A stretch of 64,000 nt of DNA, from the NCBI GenBank assembly GCA_963851265.1, contig CAWKNZ010000002.1, positions 640,001 through 704,000 on the forward strand. Reading direction: 5' to 3'. A program made the position numbers and the translations under genes. This DNA is from an uncultured Gemmatimonadales bacterium (GTDB lineage: Bacteria; Gemmatimonadota; Gemmatimonadetes; Gemmatimonadales; Gemmatimonadaceae). This document shows positions 47,598 through 57,400 of the stretch, piece after piece. Numbering within the stretch: the stretch's first letter is position 1; each line of letters opens with the position of its first letter. The notes under the pieces were generated by a model. That model saw only the letters and a list, made by a program, of their open reading frames with translations, was not told the origin of the DNA and made no database searches.

Positions 47598-49282
47598 ATG
47601 GCCGGTCCCCCCCGCACGACGCCGCGGTCGCGCAGTCGCCCGCGCAGTCCCTGGCGCAGTCGCCCACGCAGTTCGCGCCGATTCTCCTGACCGACGACCC
47701 AGGCGAGGCGCCCGAGGCGGCGGCGGCCGCGCTCGGGGGGTGGCGCGTGGTGCGGCTCGCGGAACGGGCGCTCGCCGACGCAGTGGCGACGACGCCCGAA
47801 GCCCGCGCGGTCGTGGTGACCTCCGCCAACCCGAACGCGTTGCGCGACGTCGCGGGTGCGGCGCGGCGCGCCGGAGTCGCGGTCGTCGTCGGGTGCGCCG
47901 ACGAGACCGCGCGGCGGCGTGCCGCGGAGGTGCAGGCCGACGACTGGTATCAGTCGCCGGCGTCGGCCGACGAGGTGGCCGCGCGTGTGCGGACGGCCAT
48001 CACGCGTGCTACGCCGGGCGGCGCGGCCGCGTCGCTCGACCGGATCGAGCGCGCGGAGTACGAGCACCTCCTCTACGACCAGCGTACGGGGCTACCCACG
48101 CTGCCCGTGGCCATCGAGCGCTCGCGCGCGGCCATCAAGGAGCGCGGCGAGGTCGTCGTGCTCTACCTCAACTTCGTGCGCTACTCGAAGCTCGAGGAGA
48201 TCTACGGCTGGGAGAAGCTCGACGCCGTGCTCGAGACGACGGCCGAGGCGGTGCGCGAGTTCATCGACGGCAGCGCGCTCTCGGGGTCGCGGGCGCTGGT
48301 GACGTTCATGAACGACGCCGACGTGGTGCTCTTCCACGTGCCCGCCAAGGGCCGCGCGGCGGCGACGGACGCCGACATCACCGAGCTCACCGGGGGGCTC
48401 TCGGCGCGCGTCGCCGCGCGGCTCGAGGCGGAGCACGGCGAGGACGTCGCCGCACTGTTCGACATCTACATCGGCGTCGCGCACGTGTACTACAACGCGA
48501 AAGTGCGGCTCGAGCGGCTGATGTACCGCGGCATCCGCGAGGCGGCCAACGCGGCCAAGAGCGTCGAGGAGCGCGAGCGGGCGCGCAAGGTGGCCGACCT
48601 GCGCACGAGTCTGCGGGACCGGCTCGTCTACGTCGACTACCACCCCATCGTCGAGGCGTCGACCCAGCGGGTGTTCGGGTACGAAGCGCTCGCGCGCGGG
48701 CGCATGCGGTCGCTGCGCAGCCCGGAGGTCATGTTCGAGGTCGCGGCGGAGGCCGACCTGCTGTGGGAGCTGAGCCGCCTCTGCCGCGAGCGCGCCGTGG
48801 AGGGGATGGGCGCGCGCATGGCCGACGGCGAACTCCTGTTCCTGAACGTCGACCCGCAGGACTTCGCCGACCCCGAATTCTCCGAGCAGGCGTTAGGCGT
48901 GGACGACCCGCGGCGCGTGGTCATCGAGATCACCGAGCGCACGGCCATCAAGGACTACCCCAAGTTCCGCGGGCGCCTCAAGGCGTTCCGCGACGCGGGG
49001 TTCCGGTTCGCGGTGGACGACGCGGGGTCGGGCTACGCGGGCCTCGGATCGATCGCGAACCTCGAGCCCGACTTCATCAAGCTCGACATGTCGCTGATCA
49101 ACTGCATCGACGCGAACTTCATCAAGCAGAACCTCGTGGAGACGATGGTGAAGTTCGCGAACGACCAGGGCGCGATGGTGATCGCGGAAGGGGTGGAGCG
49201 GAAGGAGGAGTTCGACGCGGTGCGGGCGCTGGGCGTGCATCTGGTGCAGGGTTTCTTCCTGCACCGCCCGGAAGGCCACTGA
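47598..49282 (+). CDS. EAL-domain c-di-GMP phosphodiesterase with pseudo-receiver and degenerate GGDEF; apparent frameshift just after the start
   Basis: Motifs EALARG, FLNV, IEITE, DDAGSGY, IKLD, AEGVE and VQGF. The main frame continues upstream of 47747 through ILLTDD to a C7 run (47607-47613) after ATG 47598. Confidence 0.85.
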
Positions 49283-49356
49283 GGACGGGCGCCGCGGCGC
49301 CGCGTTAGACCATCCCGTCGGGCCGGCCGGACCGGTACCCGCGGCCCCCTCCCTGT

Positions 49357-50745
49357 CTAACGCTCGTCGCGCCCTCCGTCCAACAGGTCCCGCACCAGCG
49401 CCCACGTGCGCCGGTCCGCGCCGAGGCCGCCCTCGACGACCCCGCGTGCCGCGGACCCCGCGTGCGCGCGCAGCGTGTCACTCGTCCGCCACCGCCGCAG
49501 CAGCTCGGCGAGCGTCCGGGCGCTCGGTGCCGCTTCCGCGCCACCGGCGGCGATCAGCAGGCCGGCATCGCGGCTGTTCGCGTGCTGCGGCCCGAACGCG
49601 ACCGGCACGCCGAACGCGGCAGGCTCCAGCACCGAGTGCAGGCCCGCGCTGTGGAAACCGCCGCCGACGAACGCCGCGTCGGCCGCGGCATACAACTCCG
49701 CAAGCACGCCGACGCGGTCGACGAGCACGACGTCGGCGTCGCGGGCCGCGTCGGGCCGGTCGAGCATGGCCGACCAGCGGACGACGCGCAGACGGTTGGA
49801 CGCGGCCCACTGCTCGAGCGGGGCGAGGTGCGGCGGCGTGGGCTCGTGCGGGGCGAGCACGAGGCGTGCGCTCGCGTCCTGGCGCCGGAGCATGATCCAC
49901 GCCTCGCCGAGCGGGCCTTCGTCCGCGGGCCACGTGGAGCCCGCGACGAGCGTGAACCGCGGGTCTCGCGCGCCGGCCTCGCCGCCCAGCCGGGATCGGG
50001 CGAGCGCGGCGAGCGCGGCCGCCGCGTCGGCGGGCAGCGCGAGGGCGCGCGCGCGTTCCCACGCCTGGTCGTACCGGGTGTCGCCGGTGACCTCGACCCG
50101 GTCGCGCCTAACGCCGAGCGCGACCAACCGGTCGGCGTCGGCCGCGTCGATGGCGCCGACGCGGTCGAGGGCGCGGTAGGCGTCGCGGAGCACGAGGCCG
50201 GCGAGGCGCCCGCGCCGCCGCGCGCCGGGCGCCAGCGTGGCGCTCACGAGACCCAGCCGCACCCCGCGGGCGGCGGCGCGGGCGACGAGCGTCGGCCACA
50301 CGTCGAGCTTGCTGAACACGAGTGCCGTCGGGCGGAGCGCGTCGAGTAGCGCGGCCGCGTCGCCGCCCGTGTCGAACGGCAGGACGTCGGCGTGGTCGGC
50401 CAGGCCGGCGGTCACCAGACCGCGCGCGAAGGCGCGCGCGCTCGGCGAGTAGTATGTGTAGGCGCGCTGCACGTCGGGCGCCTCGCGTCGCGCCCACTCG
50501 AGCACCGGGCGCGCCTGCAGTCCTTCGCCGACGCTGGGCGCGTGGACCCAGAGGAGCGGGCGGTCGGCGTCGCGGTGCGCGGCGCCCCACGCGCGGTAGC
50601 GGGCGCGCACGCCGCGCCGCGCGCGCAGACTCTGCTGGAGCTTGCCGCCGCCGTCCGGGGTGAGCGCCGCGGCGAGGCGCGCCGCGGCGCCTAACGCCGC
50701 GTAGGCGGCCCGCAGCGGCGCGGCGGCGCGCGCGCCCGCGCTCAG
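49357..50745 (-). CDS. waaA: 3-deoxy-D-manno-octulosonic acid (Kdo) transferase
   Basis: Motifs LWVHAPSVGE, LPFD, VTGDTRYD, VAGSTW, FVGGGF and HSVLEPA. Start uncertain (CTG at 50745 proposed). Confidence 0.88.
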   Translation of the reverse strand: MSAGARAAAPLRAAYAALGAAARLAAALTPDGGGKLQQSLRARRGVRARYRAWGAAHRDADRPLLWVHAPSVGEGLQARPVLEWARREAPDVQRAYTYYSPSARAFARGLVTAGLADHADVLPFDTGGDAAALLDALRPTALVFSKLDVWPTLVARAAARGVRLGLVSATLAPGARRRGRLAGLVLRDAYRALDRVGAIDAADADRLVALGVRRDRVEVTGDTRYDQAWERARALALPADAAAALAALARSRLGGEAGARDPRFTLVAGSTWPADEGPLGEAWIMLRRQDASARLVLAPHEPTPPHLAPLEQWAASNRLRVVRWSAMLDRPDAARDADVVLVDRVGVLAELYAAADAAFVGGGFHSAGLHSVLEPAAFGVPVAFGPQHANSRDAGLLIAAGGAEAAPSARTLAELLRRWRTSDTLRAHAGSAARGVVEGGLGADRRTWALVRDLLDGGRDER

Positions 50746-51494
50746 CGTCCGCCGCTCGGCGGCGCGGGCGGGTTCGCGACCGCCGCGTCGAGCGCCTGGC
50801 GGAACACGTCCGTGGGCTGCCCGCCGACGATCTGCTTGTTCGCGACGTAGAACGTCGGCGTACTGCGCACGCCCGCGCGCTCCATGCGGTCGCGGTCCGC
50901 CTCGACGAGGGCGCGCATCACGTGCGACCGCGTGCACGCCCGGAACTTCGCCGAGTCGGCGCCGGCGGCCGTCGCGAGCGAGTCGAAGGTGGGCTCCTGG
51001 TCGCCGGGGCGTCCCCACTGGTCCTGCGACCGGAAGAGGGCGTCGTGGTACTCCCAAAAGCGATTCTGCGCGGAGGCGCACATCGCGGCCTCGGCGGCGG
51101 GCATCGCCTGAACGTGCATGTCGAGCGGGAAGTTGACGTACGCCGCGCGCGCTTTGCCGGTCGCGATGTACTCGCGGCGGAGCGCGTCGAACGACTCGTC
51201 GTGCCAGCTCTTGCAGTACGGGCACTGGAAGTCGCTGACCTCGATGAGCCACACCTTCGCGTTGGCGTCGCCGAGGATGCGATTCTTGTCGGCCGCCGTG
51301 CGGAGGGCGATCGAGTCGGGGCCGGGGCGCGCGTCGGCGACGGTCGTCGCGGTCGCCGACTTCACGGCCTTGCTCTCCGACGCCGCGGCGCGGCACGCGA
51401 GCGCCACGCCGCAGGCTGCGACGAGCGTGACGGCCAGTCGGGCGGAAACGGCGCGGCGGCGCGCGGCGGGCGTGGACGCGGCGGGCGTGGACAT
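50742..51494 (-). CDS. DsbA/thioredoxin-like disulfide oxidoreductase
   Basis: Motifs SDFQCPYC, FPL..H and GVRSTPTF (cis-Pro). Lipoprotein-like N-terminus from ATG 51494. Confidence 0.9.
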   Translation of the reverse strand: MSTPAASTPAARRRAVSARLAVTLVAACGVALACRAAASESKAVKSATATTVADARPGPDSIALRTAADKNRILGDANAKVWLIEVSDFQCPYCKSWHDESFDALRREYIATGKARAAYVNFPLDMHVQAMPAAEAAMCASAQNRFWEYHDALFRSQDQWGRPGDQEPTFDSLATAAGADSAKFRACTRSHVMRALVEADRDRMERAGVRSTPTFYVANKQIVGGQPTDVFRQALDAAVANPPAPPSGGR

Positions 51495-51589
51495 CACAGA
51501 TGAAGGGCAGACGTGGAGGGCGCTCGCCGAGCCGCGGCGTGACGCGGTGACACCCGAGGTGCGCCGAGCCCGTATAAGATACACGCCCG

Positions 51590-52576
51590 ATGACCCGACT
51601 CGCGTCCACGCTCCTTCTCGCACTGCTCGCGCTGATCGGCCAGTTCGGCGCGCTTCCAGTCCGTGCCCAGGCGACCGCCGTCGGCGGCGCGGCCGGCGGC
51701 CCGACCGTAGGCGGGCCCGCGTCGAGCCCGCCCGCGACGAGCCGGCTCGCGACGAGCGTGCCGGCCACCGGCCCGCTCGCGATTCCGGAACCCCGCGGTC
51801 TCGTCAACGACTTCGCCGGCGTGATCCCGGGCGACCGCGCGGCGCGCATCGAGGCGCTCGCGCAGGCCGTGCGCGACCGGTCCGGCGGCGAGATCGCGGT
51901 CGTCACGCTGCCGGACATCGGCGATCGCGATCCGGGCGACGTCGCGTTGCAGATCGGGCGCCAGTGGAAGGTCGGAAAGGCCGCGCAGATCGGCGACGGG
52001 ACGCGCAACGCGGGTACCGTGATTCTCGTCGTGCCGCGGCAGACGAGCAGCACCGGCCGTGGGCGCGTGTCGATCGAGACGGGGCAGGGCACGGAGGCGT
52101 TCATCACCGACGCCGAGGCGGGCGACATCCGCCGGGAGGCGACACCACTGCTCGCGCAGGGCGATTACGCGGGCGGGATCGAGTTGATGACGCAGCGCGT
52201 GGCCGAACACTACGCGCGCGAGTTCGGGTTCAGCCTCGACTCGCTCGGCGTCGAACTGCCGGCCGCGACGGGCCCCCCGACGTACGAACGTGTGCCACGT
52301 CGGAGCGGCGGGGGGGGCGGCATCAACCCCGTCCTGCTGCTCGTCATCTTCTTCGTCGTGGTCAGTCTGCTCTCACGCCTCGGCGGGGGCGGGCGGCGCG
52401 GCTGCGGCGGCTGCATCCCGATCTTCATCCCGTTCGGCGGTGGTAGGGGTGGGTGGGGCGGTGGCGGCTGGGGCGGCGGGGGAAGTTGGGGCGGCGGGGG
52501 AGGCGACGGTGGCGGCTTCGGTGGGTTTGGCGGCGGCGGTGGCTTCAGCGGTGGCGGCTCGAGCGGCGACTTCTGA
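51590..52576 (+). CDS. TPM-domain membrane protein with Gly-rich C-terminus
   Basis: Motifs VNDFAGVI, EIAVVTL, W.VGK and IETGQG.E..ITD, then a TM helix and the tail GGGGFSGGGSSGDF. Confidence 0.9.
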   Translation: MTRLASTLLLALLALIGQFGALPVRAQATAVGGAAGGPTVGGPASSPPATSRLATSVPATGPLAIPEPRGLVNDFAGVIPGDRAARIEALAQAVRDRSGGEIAVVTLPDIGDRDPGDVALQIGRQWKVGKAAQIGDGTRNAGTVILVVPRQTSSTGRGRVSIETGQGTEAFITDAEAGDIRREATPLLAQGDYAGGIELMTQRVAEHYAREFGFSLDSLGVELPAATGPPTYERVPRRSGGGGGINPVLLLVIFFVVVSLLSRLGGGGRRGCGGCIPIFIPFGGGRGGWGGGGWGGGGSWGGGGGDGGGFGGFGGGGGFSGGGSSGDF

Positions 52577-52620
52577 TGCAGGCGCGATCAGGACACACCC
52601 ACGACCCCGGAGGATGACCG

Positions 52621-53364
52621 ATGCCCGCGATGACGCTCGAGCAGGTCACGGCCCAGCTGCAGGCCGCGTACGGCGGCGCGCTCCGCGCGGTCGTGCTGCA
52701 CGGATCGGCGGCGCGGACGCCGTCGGCGGGGGCGCCGGCCCCGCGCGGCGGTTACGACCTGCTCGTGGTCGTCGACGAGCTCGGGATGAACGAGTTGCGC
52801 CGCGTCGCGCCGACCACGCGCGCGTGGACCGAGGCGGGCAACCCCTCGCCGCTCACGTTGACGACGCTCGAGTGGCGCGCGTCGGCCGACGTCTTCCCGA
52901 TGGAGTACGCGGACGTGCTCGAATCCCACCGCGTGCTCGCCGGCGCGCTGCCGATCGACGGCATCGTCGTCGAGCGCGCCGACCTGCGCCGGCAGCTGGA
53001 GCACCGGACGATGGGTGCGCTCCTGCAATTGCGCGGCGGCATCCTCGCGTCGGGCAACGACGCCAAACGACTCGTCGCGTTGCTCGACGCGAGCCGGAGC
53101 ACGATCCTGGTGCTGTTCCGCACGCTCGCGCGGCTGCATGGTACGGCGGCACCGTCCGACGCCGTCGCGCTCGCGACGTGGGCGGCGGCGACCGTCGGGT
53201 TCGACGCGGACCCGTTCGTCCGCGTGATCACGTCGGCGCGCCCCGGGGCGCCTCCGCTCGCCGCCGGTGACGCCGCCGGGCTGTTAGCGGGGTATTTAGT
53301 CGCGTTTGAGCGTTTGGTCGCGCACGTGAGTGCGTGGCCGCCCAACCCGGCCGACGGCCGGTAG
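52621..53364 (+). CDS. Nucleotidyltransferase-fold protein (Pol-beta superfamily-like)
   Basis: LRAVVLHGSAAR...YDLLVVVD, then DVFPMEY.D and a helical C-terminal domain. Confidence 0.7.
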   Translation: MPAMTLEQVTAQLQAAYGGALRAVVLHGSAARTPSAGAPAPRGGYDLLVVVDELGMNELRRVAPTTRAWTEAGNPSPLTLTTLEWRASADVFPMEYADVLESHRVLAGALPIDGIVVERADLRRQLEHRTMGALLQLRGGILASGNDAKRLVALLDASRSTILVLFRTLARLHGTAAPSDAVALATWAAATVGFDADPFVRVITSARPGAPPLAAGDAAGLLAGYLVAFERLVAHVSAWPPNPADGR

Positions 53365-53401
53365 CGGTTCCCGATCCCCCACGAACACAGGAGTCACGTA
53401 C

Positions 53402-54079
53402 ATGTCGACCTTTCGCACGCCGCGCCTCCGCACGACGCGCTTCGCCACGACGCGCCTCGCCGCGCGGCCCCGCTCCGTCGCGCAGGCGGCCGTGCTGGTC
53501 GGGTTCCTCGCCGCGGGCGGGCCGACAGGCTGCGGGTACAACGCGATCCAGTCGCAGGACGAGCAGGCGGCGCAGGCCAAGCGCCAGATCGAGGTCCAGC
53601 TGCAGCGCCGTGCGGACCTCATCCCGAACCTCGTCTCCACCGTGAAGGGGTACGCGAAGCAGGAGGAGACGATCTTCACGCGCGTCGCCGACGCGCAGCG
53701 CGGGCTCACGGGCACGTTGGCGCGCCCCGGTGGGGCCGGCGCGGGCGAGCTGGCCACGGCCAACGACAACCTGACGCGCGCGCTCGCACCGATGCTGACG
53801 CTCGTCCAGGCGTACCCGCAGCTGCAGTCCAACCAGCAGTTCCTGCGTCTGCAGGACGAGCTCACGGGCACCGAGAACCGGATCGCCGTCGCGCGCACCG
53901 ACTACAACGGTGCGGTGCAGACGTACAACACGACGATCCGCACCTTTCCGACGGCGATCACGGCGAAGGTCACGGGCGCCAAGCCGCGCGAGTACTTCCA
54001 GGTGACCGACCCGGCCGCACTCGGCGCGCCGAAGGTCGACTTTGGTGGCGCGCCGTCCAGCGCGACGACGCAGCGGTGA
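53402..54079 (+). CDS. lemA: LemA family protein
   Basis: Motifs GCGYN, QRRADLIPNLV.TVKGYA, YPQL and L.GTENRIAVAR.DYN. Confidence 0.93.
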   Translation: MSTFRTPRLRTTRFATTRLAARPRSVAQAAVLVGFLAAGGPTGCGYNAIQSQDEQAAQAKRQIEVQLQRRADLIPNLVSTVKGYAKQEETIFTRVADAQRGLTGTLARPGGAGAGELATANDNLTRALAPMLTLVQAYPQLQSNQQFLRLQDELTGTENRIAVARTDYNGAVQTYNTTIRTFPTAITAKVTGAKPREYFQVTDPAALGAPKVDFGGAPSSATTQR

Positions 54080-54176
54080 GCGCGGCCGGCTCGCGATAAG
54101 CGAGCACTGAGGGAACGGCCGCGCTCCGCGACGGCTGACGTGGCGGGCGGTCGCGCAGTGCACCCGATCGCCGCCC

Positions 54177-54222
54177 CACGCGAAGGCCCGGCGAACCGCG
54201 CGGTTCGCCGGGCCTTCGCGTG
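54177..54222. terminator. 46-bp perfect palindrome after lemA
   Basis: cacgcgaaggcccggcgaaccgc|gcggttcgccgggccttcgcgtg. Confidence 0.7.
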
Positions 54223-54489
54223 CATTCGAGACGCCTCGCGCCTCGCACGCTTAGGACCGTTCGGTCCGGCACCGCCAGGGGATTTCGGACAGCATAAAGG
54301 GCCATAAAGTTTGCGCGCCCGATGACGCGAGCGCGTCACCCGGGGTCTTCACATCACACGCAGCGGTGACCCCGCTGACGTCGCCGCTGCCCTCGTATCG
54401 GTCGGCGTCGTCTCGCGTTCCCGGGTTCCGCGTTTCGCCCACCTCGGTCGCGCTCGCCGCGGCCGAGCTCCTCACACTTTTGGAGCGAT

Positions 54490-57400
54490 ATGCAGCATCA
54501 GATCAGTCGTGTCGTCGCGATCGCGGTCGCGGGCCTCGCCGTGCCCGCGATCGCGATGGCGCAGACTGCCGCGACGATCACCGGTCGTGTGACCACGGCC
54601 GAAGGCGGTCAGCCCATCGTCGCGGCCAGCGTGTTCATCACGTCGCTGAACGTGGGAGCGACGACCAACGAGAACGGGACGTATTCGTTCGTCGTGCCGG
54701 GCGCGCGCGTGTCGGGCCAGACGGTGACGCTGTCGGTCCGGCGCGTCGGGTACCGGACGAGCAGCGCGCAGATCACGCTCAGCGGCGGGACGATCCGCCA
54801 GGACTTCACGATCACGGGCAGCGCCGTGCAACTCGGCGCCGTGGTGGTCACGGGCGCGGGCCTTTCGACGACGGCGGAGCGTCTGGGCTCGGTCCGGACG
54901 CAGGTCGACACGCAGGCGATCACGCGCGCGAACGAGCCGAACGTCACGCAGGCGCTCGCGGCCAAGGCGCCGGGCATCGTCGTCAGCCAGCAGGCGGGCG
55001 ACCCGGGCGCGTCGTCCAAGATCGTCATCCGCGGCCTGAACACGATCCAGGGCGCGGGGAACCCGCTCTTCGTCGTCGACGGCACGCCGATCAACAACGA
55101 GACGATCGCGACGACCGGCGGCACCAACGTCGGCGGCGCGACGGTCACGCCCAACCGCGCGTACGACATCAACCCCGACGACATCGCGAACGTCGAGGTG
55201 CTGAAGAGCGCCGCCGCCGCGGCGATCTACGGCGCGCGCGCGAGCCAGGGCGTCATCCTGATCACGACGAAGAAGGGCGCCGCGGGGCAGACGCGGTACT
55301 CGCTCCGCTCGACGCTGACGAGCGACCATGTCGACCGCCTGCCGTCGCTGCAGCAGAGCTTCGGGCAGGGTACGCGCGGCGTGACCGCGACCTGCACGAC
55401 GCTCGACTGCGCGATGCCGAGCACGAGCTGGGGCGCTCCGATTGCGGCCGGGACGCCGACGTACGACCAGGCCCGCGCGATCTTCGCGAATGGGTCGCTG
55501 TTCGACAATAACCTCTCGGTGAGCGGCGGCGGAGACCGCACGCAGTTCTTCCTGAGCGGGTCGTCGAGCAACCAGAACGGCGTGATCATCGGCAACAACG
55601 ACACGTACCGCCGGCAGACGGTCCGCCTCAACGCGACGCAGCGCGTGAGCAGCCAGCTCTCGGTCTCGGGCAACATCAGCTACGTCGACTCCCGCGGCTC
55701 GTTCATTCAGCGCGGATCGAACGTGTCGGGGCTTACGCTCGGTGGCTGGCGCACGCCGCCGACGTTCAACAACGGGTACTTCATCGACTCGGTGTCGGGG
55801 CTGCAGCGCTCGTACCGGTTCCCCAACCCGAGCCCGGGGTCGGCGTTCCACACGCGCTACTACGACAACCCCGACTTCGTCATCTACGACCAGCAGAACA
55901 AGCAGAACGTCGGGCGCGCGTTCGGCAACGTGAACGTCAGCTACAACCCGCTGTCGTGGCTCTCGGCGACGTACACGCTCGGGTCGGACTACACGAGCGA
56001 CGAGCGCCTCGAGGGGCTGCCCTGGACGAGCTCCACCAACCCGTACGGGCAGATCACGCGCGGTAACTACGTCACGAACATCGTCGACAACCTGGTCAAC
56101 GTGCAGGCGTCGCACACGCTGCGCGAGGGTTTCGAGACGCGCTTCGCGGTCGGCGCGGAGCTGAACAGCCAGCGCTACCAGCAGAACCAGGAGTTCGGCT
56201 CGCAGCTCATCGCGAACAACCTGTACGCGCTGACGAACGCGATCGTCGTCAACCCCGACGTCGCGAACGGCGCCGACTTCCGCTCGCTCATCCGCCGCGA
56301 GTCGTACTTCGCGCAGCTCCAGCAGTCGCTGTTCACCGACCTGTTCGGCACGTTCACGGTCCGGAACGACGGGTTCTCGACCTTCGGCCAGAACAACCGG
56401 CGCAACTGGTTCCCGAGCGGGCAGCTCGCGTACGTCTTCACCAACGCGTTCAACGCGCGCGGCTTCCTGAACGACGGCAAGCTGCGGCTCGCCTACGGGC
56501 AGACGGGCACGGAGCCGCAGGTGTACTCGACGAGCGGCTTCTACACGGGCGGCTACTATTCCGTCGGCGGCTACGGCGACCAGCTCTTCTCGGTGCAGAA
56601 CGGCCAGGGCGGCCTCGTCGTTGCCACGCGCGTGCCGCAGCCCAACCTGCGCCCCGAGCGGCAGAACGAGTTGGAGACCGGCTTCGACGTCGGCTTCCTC
56701 AAGAACGCGGCGGACCTGAGCGTCACCTACTACGACCGCGTCGCGCGCGACGTCATCTTCGACGCGCCGCTGGCGCCGTCGTCGGGGTTCGGGCTGCAGG
56801 CGCAGAACGCGGCGAAGATCCGTAACCACGGCGTCGAGGTCGCGCTCAACATCCGGCCGATCCGCACGAAGGACACCGAGCTCACCCTGGGCTTCCAGTA
56901 CGCCCAGAACCGCAATCGCGTGCTCCAGGTGCTCGGCTCGAACTTCGTCCAGCTCCCGACGGGCGGCTACTTCTCGGGGAGCGTGGCGCCGGTGGCGCAG
57001 GTCGGGTACGCGCTGGGCGCGTTCCAGGGGCAGGACTTCGCGCGCTGCCGCTACGGGCAGTCGAACGTCGTCGGCAGCGTCGACGTCAACGCCGTGTGCA
57101 CGGCGGCGAAGGCGCCGAACAACGCGCTGTACCTCGCCGCCAACGGGCTCCCGATCGACGATCCGACGGCCCGCATCATCGGCGACCCGACGCCGCTCTG
57201 GACCGGCGCGTTCCGGCCCAACCTGCGCTTCCACAAGTTCACGTTCTCGGGCCTGCTCGACGTGCGCGTCGGCGGCCAGGTGTGGAACGGGACGAAGGGC
57301 GCGCTCTACAACTTCGGCTCGAGTAGCGACGAGAACATCCGCGCGACCTGCGCGACGTCCTCGCAGTCGAGCTGCACCGGGACGACGTACATCATCGGGC

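Noticed and set aside
49302..49363. Inverted pair GCGTTAGAC ... GTCTAACGC as an attC site or MITE
   Set aside because: The order is the reverse of attC, the interior is not self-complementary, and there is no target duplication. It is better seen as two variants of the recurrent motif between convergent genes.
50746..52128. 923-aa ORF suggesting a large N-terminal fusion to WaaA
   Set aside because: The extra region overlaps dsbA in another frame and the TPM gene on the other strand. Only 49357-50745 resembles Kdo transferase.
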